Part shown: piece by piece, positions 61,314-64,000 of the stretch
Layout of the letters: every line of letters begins with the position of its first letter
Numbering within the stretch: position 1 is the stretch's first letter
NCBI GenBank assembly: GCA_963668675.2
Contig: CAXXMB010000002.1
Span: 416,001-480,000, forward strand
Length of the DNA: 64,000 bases
Direction of reading: 5' to 3'
From: an uncultured Desulfatitalea sp.
GTDB lineage: Bacteria > Desulfobacterota > Desulfobacteria > Desulfobacterales > Desulfosarcinaceae
Program-made: the position numbers and the translations under genes
Notes under the pieces: generated by a model
Seen by the model: the letters and a program-made list of their open reading frames with translations, nothing else
What the model was told of the DNA's origin: nothing
Database searches by the model: none

Positions 61314-62756
61314 TCACGGGGTATAATTGGCCACGTAGAAATCGTCGATCAACCCCTTTGTCTTGAGGGACTCCCCATACATACGGGCCGCCTCCTTGGT
61401 GGCGAAATGGGACACCTTGACCTGGTACCAGGATCGGTTGACGCTCTTGGCTTCGGTCCAGAAAGCATCCACACCTGCCGATTTAAGACCATCCACAAAG
61501 CGTTGGGCATCGTTGCGTTTCAGATAGGCGGCCACCTGTATGGTGAACGGGTCGGTCACTGTCTGGGGCTGGGTTTCGAGCGGTTCAATGGAGGGCGGCA
61601 CTACGGGCAGCGTGGGGCTGGACGACCATTGGTCGACCGTCACCACAACACCGACGGCCACAGCGATGAGGGCAGCAGCCCACCAGCGCGCCTTGGCCGG
61701 TTTTGTGAGTGCCCATGCGACCATCCGGCCGGCTTGACGGTGCCCGAAGGAGCCTGCTTGGCCGCAAATTCCGACGGCCCGATCCAACACCATCTGCACG
61801 GCAATGATGGGCGATCTCCCGGACCGCGGTTGCCTCTCCGTCGATCGCGATCGGTCCGGTTCAAGAGGCTGAAACCGATCCGCCAAATCGTGAACCCGAT
61901 CATCGCTCATATGAGAAAGGGCCTGCCCCGCCTCTGCCAGGAGGCTGCGGTTGCCGGCATTGGGTTTCAGCCGGCAGATCCCTGCAGCCAGACCTTCGAC
62001 GCAGGCCGCATCCCCTTCGGCATGCCCCCTGAGATAGACCTCAAGGGCCCAGTCGTTGATATGGCTCTCATCAAGAAGCAAAGCGCACAAGGGACGAATC
62101 AACTCGGCAGGGAACCCCTCGGCGGTCTGCCAGATCCGACGGTAGGTCTGCAGGGCCTCGAAATCGGAACGCCGTTGGGAGAGGTAGAGTTCGGCCAGCA
62201 GCCGTTGAATGGTCTCATTGGAGCTCAAGGCCGCCCCGATGATCCCGGCCAGGTCGTGCTCTTCCGGGAGATGGTTCTCGCGCCGGATCGCCCCTTCGAT
62301 CCACCCCTGGGCAACCGCTTCATCTTCCGGGCAGATGCGCAGGTAGGCGCACACCACATTCTGCCCGATGGGTCCGAGAACCGGTTGAGCCAAGTGAAAG
62401 CGGGCCAACCGGCCGCTGATCCACTTGGCATTGCGTTGCCGTTGGAGGGGGGAAAACCAGAAGCTGTCGTGGACCGACGCGACCCGATCAAAGGCACCTT
62501 CCGCCTCGGCCACCATGCCGGAACGCTCCCAGACGGTGGCCTCGGAGACCTCTCGCACGATCATCATCATTCCGATTTTATTCATTATCCAGCCAATTAG
62601 AAAAAAGAGGCCGATAAAAATAACCGTTACAGGAAACGCTATCCATTCCATACCTGCCAGCCTGTGCCATGGAGGCAAAACCAGCGCGCAGACCAACACA
62701 CCGCCAAGGGCGGTCATCCAAAAACGCAAACTGAAATGTCTGAAAATCGCACTCAC
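61314..62756 (-). CDS. Membrane protein with C-terminal SPOR domain
   Basis: FTIQVAAY...WYQVKVSHFATKEAA. Confidence 0.85.
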   Translation of the reverse strand: MSAIFRHFSLRFWMTALGGVLVCALVLPPWHRLAGMEWIAFPVTVIFIGLFFLIGWIMNKIGMMMIVREVSEATVWERSGMVAEAEGAFDRVASVHDSFWFSPLQRQRNAKWISGRLARFHLAQPVLGPIGQNVVCAYLRICPEDEAVAQGWIEGAIRRENHLPEEHDLAGIIGAALSSNETIQRLLAELYLSQRRSDFEALQTYRRIWQTAEGFPAELIRPLCALLLDESHINDWALEVYLRGHAEGDAACVEGLAAGICRLKPNAGNRSLLAEAGQALSHMSDDRVHDLADRFQPLEPDRSRSTERQPRSGRSPIIAVQMVLDRAVGICGQAGSFGHRQAGRMVAWALTKPAKARWWAAALIAVAVGVVVTVDQWSSSPTLPVVPPSIEPLETQPQTVTDPFTIQVAAYLKRNDAQRFVDGLKSAGVDAFWTEAKSVNRSWYQVKVSHFATKEAARMYGESLKTKGLIDDFYVANYTP

Positions 62757-62808
62757 ACTTTATACTCGCTCATTCGCGCGGAGGATGTTGCCGCTCCTCG
62801 CACAGGTG

Positions 62809-64000
62809 CTAAAATCCCTCTCTGAGGGCCACCCATACATCCGAAGCGTTGTTGCCGTTCGTGGGAAGACCCGTGGCCGAATCGACCGTCTGTAATCGGA
62901 TACCGGCAGGCTGTAAAAAAGGACGTGGCGGCTCCCCTTCGGTGGCGTTGATCATAAACTGGGCCCATATGGGAGCGGCACCGCGGCTGCCGGTGATGCC
63001 GACGCCATTGCGGTCCAACAGCCCCTCCTCCCGATCATACCCGACCCAGACCGATGCGCAGAGGGTCGGTGTGAAACCCGCAAACCATGCGTCGTTGTAA
63101 CCGTTGGTTGTGCCGGTCTTTCCGGCTGCCGGTTTCTTGAACCCCATACGCCGGACGACCTCACCAGTGCCGTGATCCACGACCCCCTTCATCATATCGA
63201 CCACCTGATAGACCAGACGGCTGTCCAGCGTCTGGGTGCCGCTGACAATATGCTCTTCCAACAGCTGTCCATAGGCATCCTCGACACGCCACACCGCAAA
63301 GGGTTCGTATCGGACCCCCTCGGCGGCGAATGTGGCAAAGCCCGAGGCCATCTCCAGGGGGCTCACCCCTGAGGTACCCAAAGCCACCGAGTAGACCGGG
63401 GCCAGGGGGCTTTGGATTCCGCAGCGCCGGGCGACATCGATCACCGCTTCCGGGCCGGTGCGCTCCACCAGTTGGGCGGCGATACTGTTGATCGACTGGG
63501 TAAACGATTTTTTCAGGATGACCGGCCCCTGATAGGTGCGCTTGAAGTTATGCGGGCGCCAATCCGGCGCACCGGCGATGGGGATACGCACCGGCTCGTC
63601 GACGAACACCGTTGCCGGTGTCACGCCCAACGTCTCGAGGGCCGCGTAATAGAGGAACGGCTTAAAGGCCGATCCGGGCAGCCGCTGGTTCTGAACGGCC
63701 CGGTTGTACTCGCTCTCGGCGTAGTTCCGGCCGCCCACCATCGCTTTGATGGCACCCGAATTGACCTGTATGGCCACGAGTGCTCCCTGGGGCGCTTCGG
63801 CAGGTGCGCTGGACTTGCTGCCACCAAGGCTTTTGGCCAGATCGTTCAATCCCCTGGCCAACGACGTCTGGGCCGCCTTCTGCAACTGGGGATCCATGGT
63901 GGTGGTCACCTTCAAACCGCCGTGATAGACCACCTGGGCGCCATAGCGCTCCTCCAGCTGCTTGAACACCCAGTCGACGAAATAGCCGCCCTCCGTCCCC
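62809..64000 (-). CDS. Class A penicillin-binding protein (PBP1A family), 3' part
   Basis: GLKVTTTMD, PGSAFKP (SxxK), SIN, GKTGT; frame stays open past the window end. Confidence 0.93.
   Translation of the reverse strand, partial: GTEGGYFVDWVFKQLEERYGAQVVYHGGLKVTTTMDPQLQKAAQTSLARGLNDLAKSLGGSKSSAPAEAPQGALVAIQVNSGAIKAMVGGRNYAESEYNRAVQNQRLPGSAFKPFLYYAALETLGVTPATVFVDEPVRIPIAGAPDWRPHNFKRTYQGPVILKKSFTQSINSIAAQLVERTGPEAVIDVARRCGIQSPLAPVYSVALGTSGVSPLEMASGFATFAAEGVRYEPFAVWRVEDAYGQLLEEHIVSGTQTLDSRLVYQVVDMMKGVVDHGTGEVVRRMGFKKPAAGKTGTTNGYNDAWFAGFTPTLCASVWVGYDREEGLLDRNGVGITGSRGAAPIWAQFMINATEGEPPRPFLQPAGIRLQTVDSATGLPTNGNNASDVWVALREGF

Overview
Bacterial chromosomal window whose gene content suggests a sulfate-reducing deltaproteobacterium (inference). 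It has three parts. (1) About 1.6-26 kb is a defence-island-like accessory region: SWIM Zn-finger protein, TPR-methyltransferase, a PD-(D/E)XK nuclease + beta-CASP MBL nuclease pair, a type I Wadjet operon with frameshifted jetD, an MqsR-like toxin with an MqsA/HTH/Panacea-like antitoxin, a MazG-like pyrophosphohydrolase + DUF2075 nuclease-helicase carrying a LexA-type S24 tail, YhaO/YhaN (SbcDC-like), and TA and IS relics. (2) A YeeE/YedE-peroxiredoxin operon with two in-frame UGA (selenocysteine) codons, followed by a decayed 9.6-kb island at tRNA-Leu(CAA) holding an IS4-family element and an IS21 with a nested IS66 flanked by a 227-bp duplication. (3) About 39.6-64 kb is mostly core genes (MCP, tsaC, purD-purE fusion, ddl, tesB, SOD, Usp, SPOR, PBP1A). 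It also holds a redox/metal cluster with a small exported HMA-like UGA-containing protein (51357-51653) that the ORF track misses. The best candidates for undescribed biology are that selenoprotein module, two candidate two-gene defence systems, and a 33-bp box shared by two DNA-processing genes 22 kb apart. All family assignments are by motif recognition; no database searches were run.
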